Below, piece by piece: positions 26,902-34,958 of a DNA stretch of 37,680 nucleotides. The position numbers and the translations under genes were made by a program. This DNA comes from Clostridiales bacterium (lineage in GTDB: Bacteria > Bacillota > Clostridia > Oscillospirales > CAG-272). Below the pieces are notes generated by a model. That model was not told where the DNA came from. It ran no database searches and worked only from the letters and a program-made list of their open reading frames with translations. The first letter of the stretch is position 1, and every line of letters starts with the position of its first letter. The stretch is from positions 1-37,680 of the forward strand of contig JAAZGC010000188.1 in assembly GCA_012511425.1 (NCBI GenBank), written 5' to 3'.

Positions 26902-29724
26902 TCAGGCGTCTGCTTCGATTTCACGGACGATTGCGGCGCAGCGGGCGCAGAGATATCCTGTTGTTGTATCGCCGTTTTCGTCTTTTGAAACGATATCTTC
27001 GCCGTCGAAGGTGTGCATCCAGCAGCGGTCGCACTTTTTGCCTTTCGAGAAGGACACTTCGACCTTCATCTCTTCCCCGTCGGCGCCTTTTTCGAGGACG
27101 GCTTCGGAAACGATGAAAATCAGCGGCAGCTGGCTTTCGAACTTTTTGAGTATTTCTAACTGCTCACCAGAAGCGGTTATATCGATCCGCGCTTCGAGCG
27201 ATTTGCCTATCACCGACTTGGCTCTTGCTTCTTCGAGCGACTTCATGACATTGTCGCGAAGGTCAAAGAGGCGGTTATAGTCTTCTTCAAGAGCTTCGAA
27301 TCCGAGGCTCTTATACTCCGGAAGCTCATTCAGAAGCACGGATGTGCGGTCGTCTTCCGATTTATGCGGCATCATCTGCCAGATTTCTTCGGAGGTGTAG
27401 GCGAGCAGCGGCGAGATCAGCTTTGTCAGGGTGTCGAGGATAATATACATCGCAGTCTGGGCGGCGCGGCGCGCTTTCGAGCTGCTTAGCTCGACATAAA
27501 GCCTGTCTTTGGTTATATCGACATAAAGCTTTGAGATGTCTATCGTAACGAAGTTTGTTACATAGTGATAGACATAATGGAATTCATAGCGCTCATATGC
27601 GGCGCGGCAGTCTTTCAGCAGACGGGAAAGCCGCGACAGCGCCCATTTGTCGATATCGTGAAGCTCGTCGAGGGAGACCATATCCCTGTCGGGATCGAAA
27701 TCGCCTAAGTTCGCCATCAGGATGCGGACGGTGTTGCGGATTTTGCGGTAGGCGTCGGAGAGCTGGGTGAGGATATCTTTCGAAATGCGGGCGTCCTGGG
27801 TATAGTCGACGGAGGAAACCCAGAGTCGGAGGATATCCGCGCCCCAGTCCTTTATTACTTCCTCCGGTGCTATCGCGTTGCCCAGCGACTTATGCATCGC
27901 TTTGCCTTCACCGTCGACCGTCCAGCCGTGGGTTATAATCTGCCGATACGGCGCGCGGCCGCGGGTGGCAATCGAAGTCAGCATCGACGACTGGAACCAG
28001 CCGCGATACTGGTCGCCGCCTTCGAGGTAGATATCGGCGGGGGATCTGAGCTCCGGGCGCTGTTCGAGCACTGCGGCATGAGAGGAGCCGGAGTCGAACC
28101 AGACGTCCATGATATCCGTTTCCTTTTCGAATTCCCCGCATCCGCAGTCGGGGCATTTAAGCCCGTCCGGGATGAGTTCTTCGGCGCTGCGCTTAAACCA
28201 GGCGTTCGAACCTTCGGCGCGGAAGATATCGCTGATCTTATCTATTGTTTCGTCATTTATGATGGGTTTTCCGCAGTCTTTGCAGTAGAAGATCGGAATC
28301 GGAACGCCCCAGTTGCGCTGGCGGCTGATGCACCAGTCGGAGCGCTCTTCGATCATCGCAATCATGCGATCCATGCCCCATTCGGGATGCCACATGATGT
28401 CTCGGCAGGCGGCTACGGCAGCTTCTTTCAGCTTCGCGACGGAGGCGAACCACTGTTCCGTAGAGCGGTAGATGATCGGATGCTTGCAGCGCCAGCAGTG
28501 CGGATACTGGTGAGTCATCGTCTCGGCGAAAATAAGGTCGCCGGATTCTTTGAGGTCATTTATTATGACTTCATTCGATTTATCATAGCGAAGTCCGGCG
28601 TATTTTCCGGCTTCGACAGTCTGATATCCCTTTTCGTCGACCGGAACGACCACACCGATTTCAGCTCTGCCCGATTCGTCGTATTTCTTGCATATATCGA
28701 AGTCGTCCGCGCCGAAGCCGGGGGCGGTATGAACGCAGCCGGTACCGGCGTCGAGGGTGACATGGTCGCCGTTTATGATAATGGAATCGCGGTCGAGGAA
28801 GGGATGATAAGCCGTGAGAAGCTCAAGCTCGGAGCCTTTGAAAACGGCGGCGGTTTCATAACTTCCGATGCCCGTCTTCTCGGCAAAGCCTTTGGCAAGG
28901 TCTTTAGCGACTATATATACTGTGCCGTCTTCAAGCTTAAGAAGCGAATAGTCAAGTTCCGCATTGAGGCAGATGGCAAGGTTGCCCGGGAGTGTCCAGG
29001 GCGTCGTCGTCCAGATGACGAAATACATTTTATCAAGATCGCCGTATTTGCCCAGAAGTCCCTTATCGTTATGAATCCTGAAGCGGACATAAACCGAGTT
29101 GCAGGGATCATCCGCATACTCGACTTCGGCTTCGGCAAGGGCGGTCTCGTCGGTCGGACACCAGTAAACGTTTTTGAAGCCTCGGTAGATAATACCCTCG
29201 CGGCACATTGCACCGAAGACTTTTATCTGAACCGCTTCAAATTCGGGGGTCATGGTTATATAAGGATTTTCCCAGTCGCCGATTACGCCGAGACGGCGGA
29301 AACTCGTCCGCTGCTTGTCGATAAAGTTTGCGGCGAAATCGCGGCATTTATCGCGGAATTCCGGAATGCTCATCTTGGCGCGGTCGATTTTATTGTTTTT
29401 AAGGATTGCCGATTCGATGGGAAGACCGTGACAGTCCCAGCCGGGTACATAGGGGGATCTGAAGCCGGTCATATTTTTGTAGCGGACAATGATGTCTTTG
29501 ATGATCTTATTCATGGCGGTGCCGATATGGATATCTCCGTTGGCATACGGAGGTCCGTCATGAAGGATGAACGAGGGCTTGTCCGCGTTCTTTTCCATCA
29601 GCTTATGATACAGTTCTTCATCATTCCACTTTTTGAGCGTTGCCGGTTCGCGCTGCGGAAGGCTCGCTCGCATCGGGAATGAGGTCTTCGGCAGATTCAA
29701 TGTCTGGGTATAGTCCTTTGCCAT
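26902..29724 (-). CDS. ileS: Isoleucine--tRNA ligase
   Basis: PPYANGDIHIGTAMNK (HIGH) and KMHKSLGN (KMSKS) motifs, CP1 editing region, and a C-terminal zinc-binding CDRCW...CARC. Confidence 0.98.
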   Translation of the reverse strand: MAKDYTQTLNLPKTSFPMRASLPQREPATLKKWNDEELYHKLMEKNADKPSFILHDGPPYANGDIHIGTAMNKIIKDIIVRYKNMTGFRSPYVPGWDCHGLPIESAILKNNKIDRAKMSIPEFRDKCRDFAANFIDKQRTSFRRLGVIGDWENPYITMTPEFEAVQIKVFGAMCREGIIYRGFKNVYWCPTDETALAEAEVEYADDPCNSVYVRFRIHNDKGLLGKYGDLDKMYFVIWTTTPWTLPGNLAICLNAELDYSLLKLEDGTVYIVAKDLAKGFAEKTGIGSYETAAVFKGSELELLTAYHPFLDRDSIIINGDHVTLDAGTGCVHTAPGFGADDFDICKKYDESGRAEIGVVVPVDEKGYQTVEAGKYAGLRYDKSNEVIINDLKESGDLIFAETMTHQYPHCWRCKHPIIYRSTEQWFASVAKLKEAAVAACRDIMWHPEWGMDRMIAMIEERSDWCISRQRNWGVPIPIFYCKDCGKPIINDETIDKISDIFRAEGSNAWFKRSAEELIPDGLKCPDCGCGEFEKETDIMDVWFDSGSSHAAVLEQRPELRSPADIYLEGGDQYRGWFQSSMLTSIATRGRAPYRQIITHGWTVDGEGKAMHKSLGNAIAPEEVIKDWGADILRLWVSSVDYTQDARISKDILTQLSDAYRKIRNTVRILMANLGDFDPDRDMVSLDELHDIDKWALSRLSRLLKDCRAAYERYEFHYVYHYVTNFVTIDISKLYVDITKDRLYVELSSSKARRAAQTAMYIILDTLTKLISPLLAYTSEEIWQMMPHKSEDDRTSVLLNELPEYKSLGFEALEEDYNRLFDLRDNVMKSLEEARAKSVIGKSLEARIDITASGEQLEILKKFESQLPLIFIVSEAVLEKGADGEEMKVEVSFSKGKKCDRCWMHTFDGEDIVSKDENGDTTTGYLCARCAAIVREIEADA

Positions 29725-29835
29725 AAAAAATATCTTCCTCTCAAAAACGTTTTGCCCGGCTCAATTTTACGTTCCGGGCAGACGCATATTTAACTTTAAA
29801 ATTCCGTGCTTCGGCCGATGCCGGCAAAGCCGGTT

Positions 29836-30768
29836 TTATTTTTCCGAAACATCGCCGTCTTCGCCGTTATCGCCGCTGTCTTCCGCTTTATGGGATATGC
29901 CGCCGAAACGGCGGTTGAGCTCCCCGATGACTCCGCCGGCGTCGTCTTCTTTGTCGTCATCGCTTGCGGGTTCCTTTAAGCTGTCCGGATCGATAATATC
30001 ATCTTCCGAAAATTCATCTTCGGGAGCGGCGTCGGAATATATCTCGGCTGCATTTTCGGCAAAATCGTCGTCCGCCGACTCATCAATGAAATAAACCGAC
30101 TCCGGTTCTTTCGTGACTTCCGGGTAGCTGACTTCATCGGCTTTCCTGAAATTATCACTCTCGCCGCTGCTGCGGTTTTCGTCAAGAAGGCGTTCTTTTT
30201 CCGCTTCTCTCTGCGCCGCTGCCGCGGCAAGCTCAGCCTTTACATTCTGAAGCACGCGGCGGACATAGCCTTCGTCGGCAGCCGCAGCTTCTTCTTCGGA
30301 AAGGTCAAGCTCGCCCAGATCATAGTCGGGGCTGATCTTTTCAAGGTAACCTATGTGTTCGGAGTATTCGCGATAAATTCGCGCTTTATAGGCGGAAATT
30401 ACTTTTTTGAGCGAGGTGAGCTTCCGGCGCTCAACTCCGACTTCCACGCGGAATTCGGCTAAAATCTTCTCACAGCCGATCTTTGAGGCGCGGAGAAGCT
30501 CGTCGGCGCGGTCATTCGCGTCGTTTATTATTTTACTCGATGCGCGCTGAGCGTTGATCAGCGCCGAGCGTATCGATTCCTCGTCCTTTTTATAAGCCTC
30601 GACCTGAGCCTCCGCTTCGGCAAGCCTGCGTGAAAGTTCGTCGTTCTCGCGGTAAAGCTTGGTGTATTCGGCTATCACGAAATCTATATGCTCGTCGACC
30701 TCGGTCTGGCAATAGCCGCGCACGACCTTGGAAAACTGTTTGCTTTTCAGCTCATGAGGTTCAATCAA
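29836..30768 (-). CDS. divIVA: DivIVA-domain cell-division protein with long acidic C-terminal tail
   Basis: The N-terminus IEPHELKSKQFSKVVRGYCQTEVDEHIDFV matches the DivIVA lipid-binding domain pattern (K.F....RGY...EVD.FL), followed by a coiled-coil region. TTG start with GGAGG 9 nt upstream. Confidence 0.85.
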   Translation of the reverse strand: MIEPHELKSKQFSKVVRGYCQTEVDEHIDFVIAEYTKLYRENDELSRRLAEAEAQVEAYKKDEESIRSALINAQRASSKIINDANDRADELLRASKIGCEKILAEFRVEVGVERRKLTSLKKVISAYKARIYREYSEHIGYLEKISPDYDLGELDLSEEEAAAADEGYVRRVLQNVKAELAAAAAQREAEKERLLDENRSSGESDNFRKADEVSYPEVTKEPESVYFIDESADDDFAENAAEIYSDAAPEDEFSEDDIIDPDSLKEPASDDDKEDDAGGVIGELNRRFGGISHKAEDSGDNGEDGDVSEK

Positions 30769-30809
30769 GGTATTTTGCCTCCGTTAAATTTTATATGAAT
30801 GCTTCAATG

Positions 30810-31610
30810 TTAAACATATTTGTCGGCCGACACCCTTGCTCTGTCTTTTCTGGTGTCGGTAAACTGCTTTATGCGGCATTTTCCCCAGCCGCGCAAAGAA
30901 ATGATGTCTCCGGGTCTGATTTCGAGATCCGGCTTCAAAGCGGCGATATGATTCACTTCGGCATCGCCCCTTATAACCGCTGCTTTTATCTTTTCCCGGC
31001 TTTGCTTTGTCAGCGCCGAAAGCACCGAATCGAGCCGCGGCGATGCACCGACGCCTTCGACCGGTTCATAAACCCGCCAGCCGTCAAAATCGGCGGGTAC
31101 GGCGAAAGGTTTTATTATAACTTTTTCGCGTCCGACTGTCTTAAGAGGCATTTCGGAAGAAAGGAGGAAGTTTGCGATCTCCGGAGAAAGGAAAACCGCC
31201 GCTCCTTCATTTGATACGCATATATCGCCCACCCGGCTGCGGTCGATGCCGGTACCGATAAGAGCGCCGAGATAGTCGCGATGACCGATCCCGCGCCCCG
31301 TATCTCCGGGATGCGAGGTGATATATGCGTCCCGCTCCAAAAACAGCGGGATGATTGATTTTTCGTATTCCGATTTAAAAAAATCTTCGATTGCTTCGTC
31401 GGAAAAGCCTTCCGTCCAGTCGGGGAGCAGAAAGAGTTTCCTGCGCTCCGCCGTTTCATAACCGCCGAACAAACGAAACTTAAGCCCGCTTCCCGCGGCA
31501 AGCCCGACGGCGGCAGCGCCTTCCTGCGGCGTCAGAAAATCCGAAGCGGATGCTTCTCCTCCTACTGCTTTGTCCAGAATATCGCCTATACGCGATTCAA
31601 AGTATTCCAT
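30810..31610 (-). CDS. ylmH: YlmH-like RNA-binding protein with C-terminal S4 domain
   Basis: Positioned between yggT and divIVA, with size (266 aa) and a C-terminal S4-like segment (RLDSVLSALTKQSREKIKAAVIRGDAEVN). Confidence 0.75.
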   Translation of the reverse strand: MEYFESRIGDILDKAVGGEASASDFLTPQEGAAAVGLAAGSGLKFRLFGGYETAERRKLFLLPDWTEGFSDEAIEDFFKSEYEKSIIPLFLERDAYITSHPGDTGRGIGHRDYLGALIGTGIDRSRVGDICVSNEGAAVFLSPEIANFLLSSEMPLKTVGREKVIIKPFAVPADFDGWRVYEPVEGVGASPRLDSVLSALTKQSREKIKAAVIRGDAEVNHIAALKPDLEIRPGDIISLRGWGKCRIKQFTDTRKDRARVSADKYV

Positions 31611-31616
31611 CGCTGT

Positions 31617-31898
31617 TTATATGTTTGAAAATGAAAGCAGCACTTGAACGAAACCGAGGATCATGAAGGTAAGCATAAAGGAGATATCCATGGGCAGGTT
31701 TCGCAGCGATTCCACCTTATCCACCAGCATTCGCACCGGGATAACGAAGGGCTCGGTGACCGCATAAAGAAAAGTATTCAGCTTGGAATCCTCATCGTTT
31801 ATGATCCATGATGAAAGCGCCCTGGCAAACATCATGATAAGAATAACCCTGACAAGATAATATACGGTTTTTTTGATTATGTATATTACACCGATCAT
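31617..31898 (-). CDS. yggT: YggT/YlmG-family small membrane protein (93 aa)
   Basis: Two hydrophobic helices, located next to sepF. ATG 31898 is preferred (GGAGA 9 nt upstream) over the listed TTG at 31979, which has no RBS. Confidence 0.75.
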   Translation of the reverse strand: MIGVIYIIKKTVYYLVRVILIMMFARALSSWIINDEDSKLNTFLYAVTEPFVIPVRMLVDKVESLRNLPMDISFMLTFMILGFVQVLLSFSNI

Positions 31899-32064
31899 GT
31901 TAAGGTTATCTCCGGTAAATTTTATTGTTTGAACGGAAAATCGAGGCTTATCCGAAACGGCGTTCACTTCCGGCGGCAAAATTACCGCCGGAAGCTAAGT
32001 TAAACTCAATTATTTTCAGCCGAATAATCGGACAGCGCCGGGGGAGCGCAGCAGAGACGCCGAT

Positions 32065-32592
32065 TTACATGGTGCTCTGGTTATAGGGATCGGGATTCAC
32101 CTGCGGCTGGGTTGAAGTAGCGTCGTTTGTAACATTGACGTTATTCGGGGTAATTACAAAAGTGTTGTTGGAAACCTTGCGGAGATTTCCGCCTATAGAA
32201 TAAGCGATTCCGGAAAGGAAGTCAATCATTCTGCGGGCGTTTTCCTTATTGGTTCCTTCGAGGTTAAGCACGACGGTGCGGTTGGCGAGAAGATGGTCGG
32301 CGATCTGCTGAACTTCTTCGTAACGCACGGGACGAACCACTTTTATCTCGGTGTTCGGTGAAAGAGTGACGCTGCTGTCATGCGGTTCGTGATACTGCGG
32401 GTTATACTGCTGGTCATATCCCTGATTATACATCTGCTGTCCCCGCCCCTGATTCTGGTTGTTTACCATGTTCAGATTGTCGTCATACTGACTGTCGTCG
32501 TATCCTTCGTCGTCGAGCTGGTCGTCGATGTAATCGTCGTCATCGCCGGCCGTCGGATTCAAAAGCCTTGAAAATGCTTCTTTGATTGCCAT
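32065..32592 (-). CDS. sepF: Cell division protein SepF (YlmF)
   Basis: N-terminal amphipathic MAIKEAFSRLL. The C-terminal DUF552 core (VVRPVRYEEVQQIADHLLANRTVVLNLEG...ARRMIDFLSGIAYSIGG) is present. RBS GGAGGG. Confidence 0.87.
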   Translation of the reverse strand: MAIKEAFSRLLNPTAGDDDDYIDDQLDDEGYDDSQYDDNLNMVNNQNQGRGQQMYNQGYDQQYNPQYHEPHDSSVTLSPNTEIKVVRPVRYEEVQQIADHLLANRTVVLNLEGTNKENARRMIDFLSGIAYSIGGNLRKVSNNTFVITPNNVNVTNDATSTQPQVNPDPYNQSTM

Positions 32593-32667
32593 ATTAGTTC
32601 CCTCCGGTTATATCCAATTTATAATCAGCAAATTTTACTGCTGCATTGATGTGATTCGGCGGCTTTA

Positions 32668-33387
32668 TTATTGCTGCAATACGGGACGCTCGCCGAAAAT
32701 CGCAGAGCCTATCCGTATTTCGGTGCTGCCGCACAGCACCGCCTCCTGGTAGCTAGAGCTCATGCCCATGCTTAACACCGGCTTATCTATGTTTCGGAGC
32801 CTTTTTGATACCGTTTCTTTGAAGATATCGAAGGCTCGTTCGAAGTATTCATTATAATCTTCCGGGCGCGAAAGCCGGGGTGCCATTGTCATAACTCCGT
32901 ATGGAACAAGGTTTTCGAGCTTCACGAACTCATCCCAGAATTCTTCCCATTCATCCGGCTCGATCCCCTGCTTGCTTTCTTCGGAGCCGATATTGATCTC
33001 GGCAAGAACCGGCATTCTGATTTCATATTTCGCCGCCTGCCGGTCGATTTCCTTTGCCAGCCGCAGAGATGAGACCGATTCTATCATGTCAACTTTGTCG
33101 ATTATATATTTAACCTTGTTGGTCTGCAGATTGCCGATGAAGTGAAGTTTGACTTTTTCGCGGTGAAGCCGGTCGTATTTGGACAGCAGTTCCTGCACTC
33201 TGTTCTCGCCGATATGCTTAAGCTCGCAGTTGTCTATAAGGTAATTGATGACTTCCGGGTCAACGGATTTTGTCGCCGCGAGTATTGTAGTTTCCCTGTC
33301 AGGCGCCAAAGCTTTTGCTTCGGAAATGACGGCTTTAAAGGCGCTGCACGCCCGGGCGCATTTTTCTTCAGTTAACGATTTTGCCAT
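32668..33387 (-). CDS. yggS: YggS/YlmE-family pyridoxal-phosphate homeostasis protein
   Basis: ILAATKSV (PLP lysine), HFIGNLQTNKVKYI, MSMGMSSSY and IRIGSAIFG motifs. Confidence 0.9.
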   Translation of the reverse strand: MAKSLTEEKCARACSAFKAVISEAKALAPDRETTILAATKSVDPEVINYLIDNCELKHIGENRVQELLSKYDRLHREKVKLHFIGNLQTNKVKYIIDKVDMIESVSSLRLAKEIDRQAAKYEIRMPVLAEINIGSEESKQGIEPDEWEEFWDEFVKLENLVPYGVMTMAPRLSRPEDYNEYFERAFDIFKETVSKRLRNIDKPVLSMGMSSSYQEAVLCGSTEIRIGSAIFGERPVLQQ

Positions 33388-34753
33388 CGGTGAGATTTTT
33401 GCCTTTCACTATGACCCGGTCATAAAGACCCAGCTTATATTGATATTCGGCGTCCTGAGCCGGGTTCTGCTCGGCACAGATAACATAGCCGTTGATCTGC
33501 GCAAGTGCCTTTATCTCTCTGAAGTGCACCCTGTCTCCATCGAGCACATAAACTCCCTGAGCCGTCCTGCCCTCGGTTTCGCCGGAGGCGGAAGGGGTCA
33601 CGCGGCGGCTGCCGTCTTCATTCTGCGAGATATTCACGATTCTTACCGCCGAAACCGGTACTTTATAGCCGGTATAAGAGGTTTCGACAATTTCCACCGT
33701 CTGCCGGCGGAGGAAGTTGAAGTCTTTCGGCAAGTCTCCGCCGCGGAAGATCAGCACGACTTCGTCGCTGTCGGTTTCGGTAACAATCCTGTACAGCGTC
33801 ATTCTGACCTGCGTATCGTTGGAATAAGGGAAAACCACGGTGTATTTATAGCCGTCACGGAAGCTCATCAAAAGGTCACGGTCGGCTTTACAAGCGATAT
33901 ACCATACGTATTTGGTCATTATCTTGCCTATCGTCCAGCCCTGCTCCTGAAGATATGCGCCGCTTTCCGGTTCGGATTTCACCATTTCGTTGAATTCGCC
34001 GACGGTAAGAGTCGGAATCCGGTCGGCCGAGAAGATGTTTTCATAGCCGTCGAGCTCGGTATAGAAATATCCCGCATACGGCGAAAACACCGTTTCGTCG
34101 GCACCCGCCGAGCCGGCGTAAAGACCTTCCTCTCCCGCCTGCATCGCAGGCGTTGCGATTATCTCTTTTTCCCGCCTGAACTTCTCGATTTCGTCATTGT
34201 AATCGCCGCGCTTGCGCAGTATGATCTCCCGCCGGTTAAGGCTGATAAGCAGGTCGTTGCGGCGACGCACCGCATAGCCGATATCGCCGGAATCAAGATG
34301 AGCGTAAATATCGTTATAAAGTGCGTCAATAGAATCATCGAGAGCGGAAGTGTCCGTCATAAGCCGGTTTCCGCTTACATTGCTGCTTTCAAGAACGTTG
34401 ATCTGTTTTTCGAGGGCAATGGTCTTTGACCGCTGTGTTTCGCTGCCGCCGACATAAATATCGGCGAGTTTGTCTCCGACCGCAATGACGTCGCCGTCGG
34501 ATACGGCATAATTTATGCCCCCGCGGGCGGAAGATGCTACCGGCTCTTCGGTGCGCATGATGTATGCGTCGAAGCTGATCATCCGGTTTTCGGTGGTTAC
34601 TGTCGCCGGGATGGTTTCTATCCCGGTGTCGAAAGCGCCGACCGCGGCGAGGATGATGTATATTATAAGTGCGATCGAAAGCAGCGCCGTCGTTATATAT
34701 ATCCCGGCGCTGCGCAGAAACGCCGAGTCGAATCTGTTTTTCTTTGCGGGCAT
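33368..34753 (-). CDS. Membrane-anchored HlyD / membrane-fusion-protein-like protein (461 aa)
   Basis: Short basic N-terminus, one TM helix (IYITTALLSIALIIYIILAAVGAF) and a biotinyl-lipoyl-like segment (INYAVSDGDVIAVGDKLADIY). These are followed by a heptad-like helical region and a beta-rich C-terminus. Its last 20 nt overlap the yggS start. Confidence 0.55.
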   Translation of the reverse strand: MPAKKNRFDSAFLRSAGIYITTALLSIALIIYIILAAVGAFDTGIETIPATVTTENRMISFDAYIMRTEEPVASSARGGINYAVSDGDVIAVGDKLADIYVGGSETQRSKTIALEKQINVLESSNVSGNRLMTDTSALDDSIDALYNDIYAHLDSGDIGYAVRRRNDLLISLNRREIILRKRGDYNDEIEKFRREKEIIATPAMQAGEEGLYAGSAGADETVFSPYAGYFYTELDGYENIFSADRIPTLTVGEFNEMVKSEPESGAYLQEQGWTIGKIMTKYVWYIACKADRDLLMSFRDGYKYTVVFPYSNDTQVRMTLYRIVTETDSDEVVLIFRGGDLPKDFNFLRRQTVEIVETSYTGYKVPVSAVRIVNISQNEDGSRRVTPSASGETEGRTAQGVYVLDGDRVHFREIKALAQINGYVICAEQNPAQDAEYQYKLGLYDRVIVKGKNLTDGKIVN

Positions 34754-34827
34754 TTGGTTTCAGCCTTGTTCTGCCGTTATTTCGGAACTTTTTTGCCGGT
34801 CATTGCCCGGACAGCCTTCCGAACCCT

Positions 34828-34870
34828 ATATTTAATATATTATACCACATATTTAATATATTATACCACA
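34828..34870. repeat. Perfect 21-bp tandem direct repeat (2 copies plus 1 nt)
   Basis: atatttaatatattataccac occurs at 34828-34848 and again at 34849-34869, verified base by base. Confidence 0.95.
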
Positions 34871-34888
34871 AATATGGCTGTCTGTCAG
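34839..34888 (-). promoter_or_regulatory. Tandem sigma-A promoters (duplicated extended -10) upstream of the HlyD-like/ylmE/sepF array
   Basis: Minus strand, distal promoter: CTGACA (34888-34883), 17-nt spacer ending in TGG, TATAAT (34865-34860). The proximal copy TGGTATAAT (-10 at 34844-34839) is created by the 21-bp duplication and lacks a -35. Confidence 0.55.
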
Positions 34889-34958
34889 TACTTTCTTATG
34901 CATTAACAAAAAATTTAAATATAAAATCACAACTCAAATATCAGTTTTGCCGGATCGG

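Noticed and set aside
27892-29682. 596-aa plus-strand ORF inside ileS
   Set aside because: Antisense to a full-length IleRS with HIGH and KMSKS motifs. A shadow ORF.
31899-31979. 27-codon extension of yggT from TTG 31979
   Set aside because: There is no RBS, and the hydrophilic extension is not typical of YggT. ATG 31898 has GGAGA upstream.
33245-34429. 394-aa plus-strand ORF opposite the HlyD-like gene
   Set aside because: It lies antisense to an ORF with coherent TM, lipoyl-like and coiled-coil architecture and operon context. The antisense product has no features and no RBS.
34754-34958. Looked for hfq downstream of miaA (the common miaA-hfq arrangement)
   Set aside because: The 205-nt gap contains no ORF of suitable size or Sm-like sequence. 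It is occupied by the promoter region of the next operon. Absence here does not mean absence from the genome.
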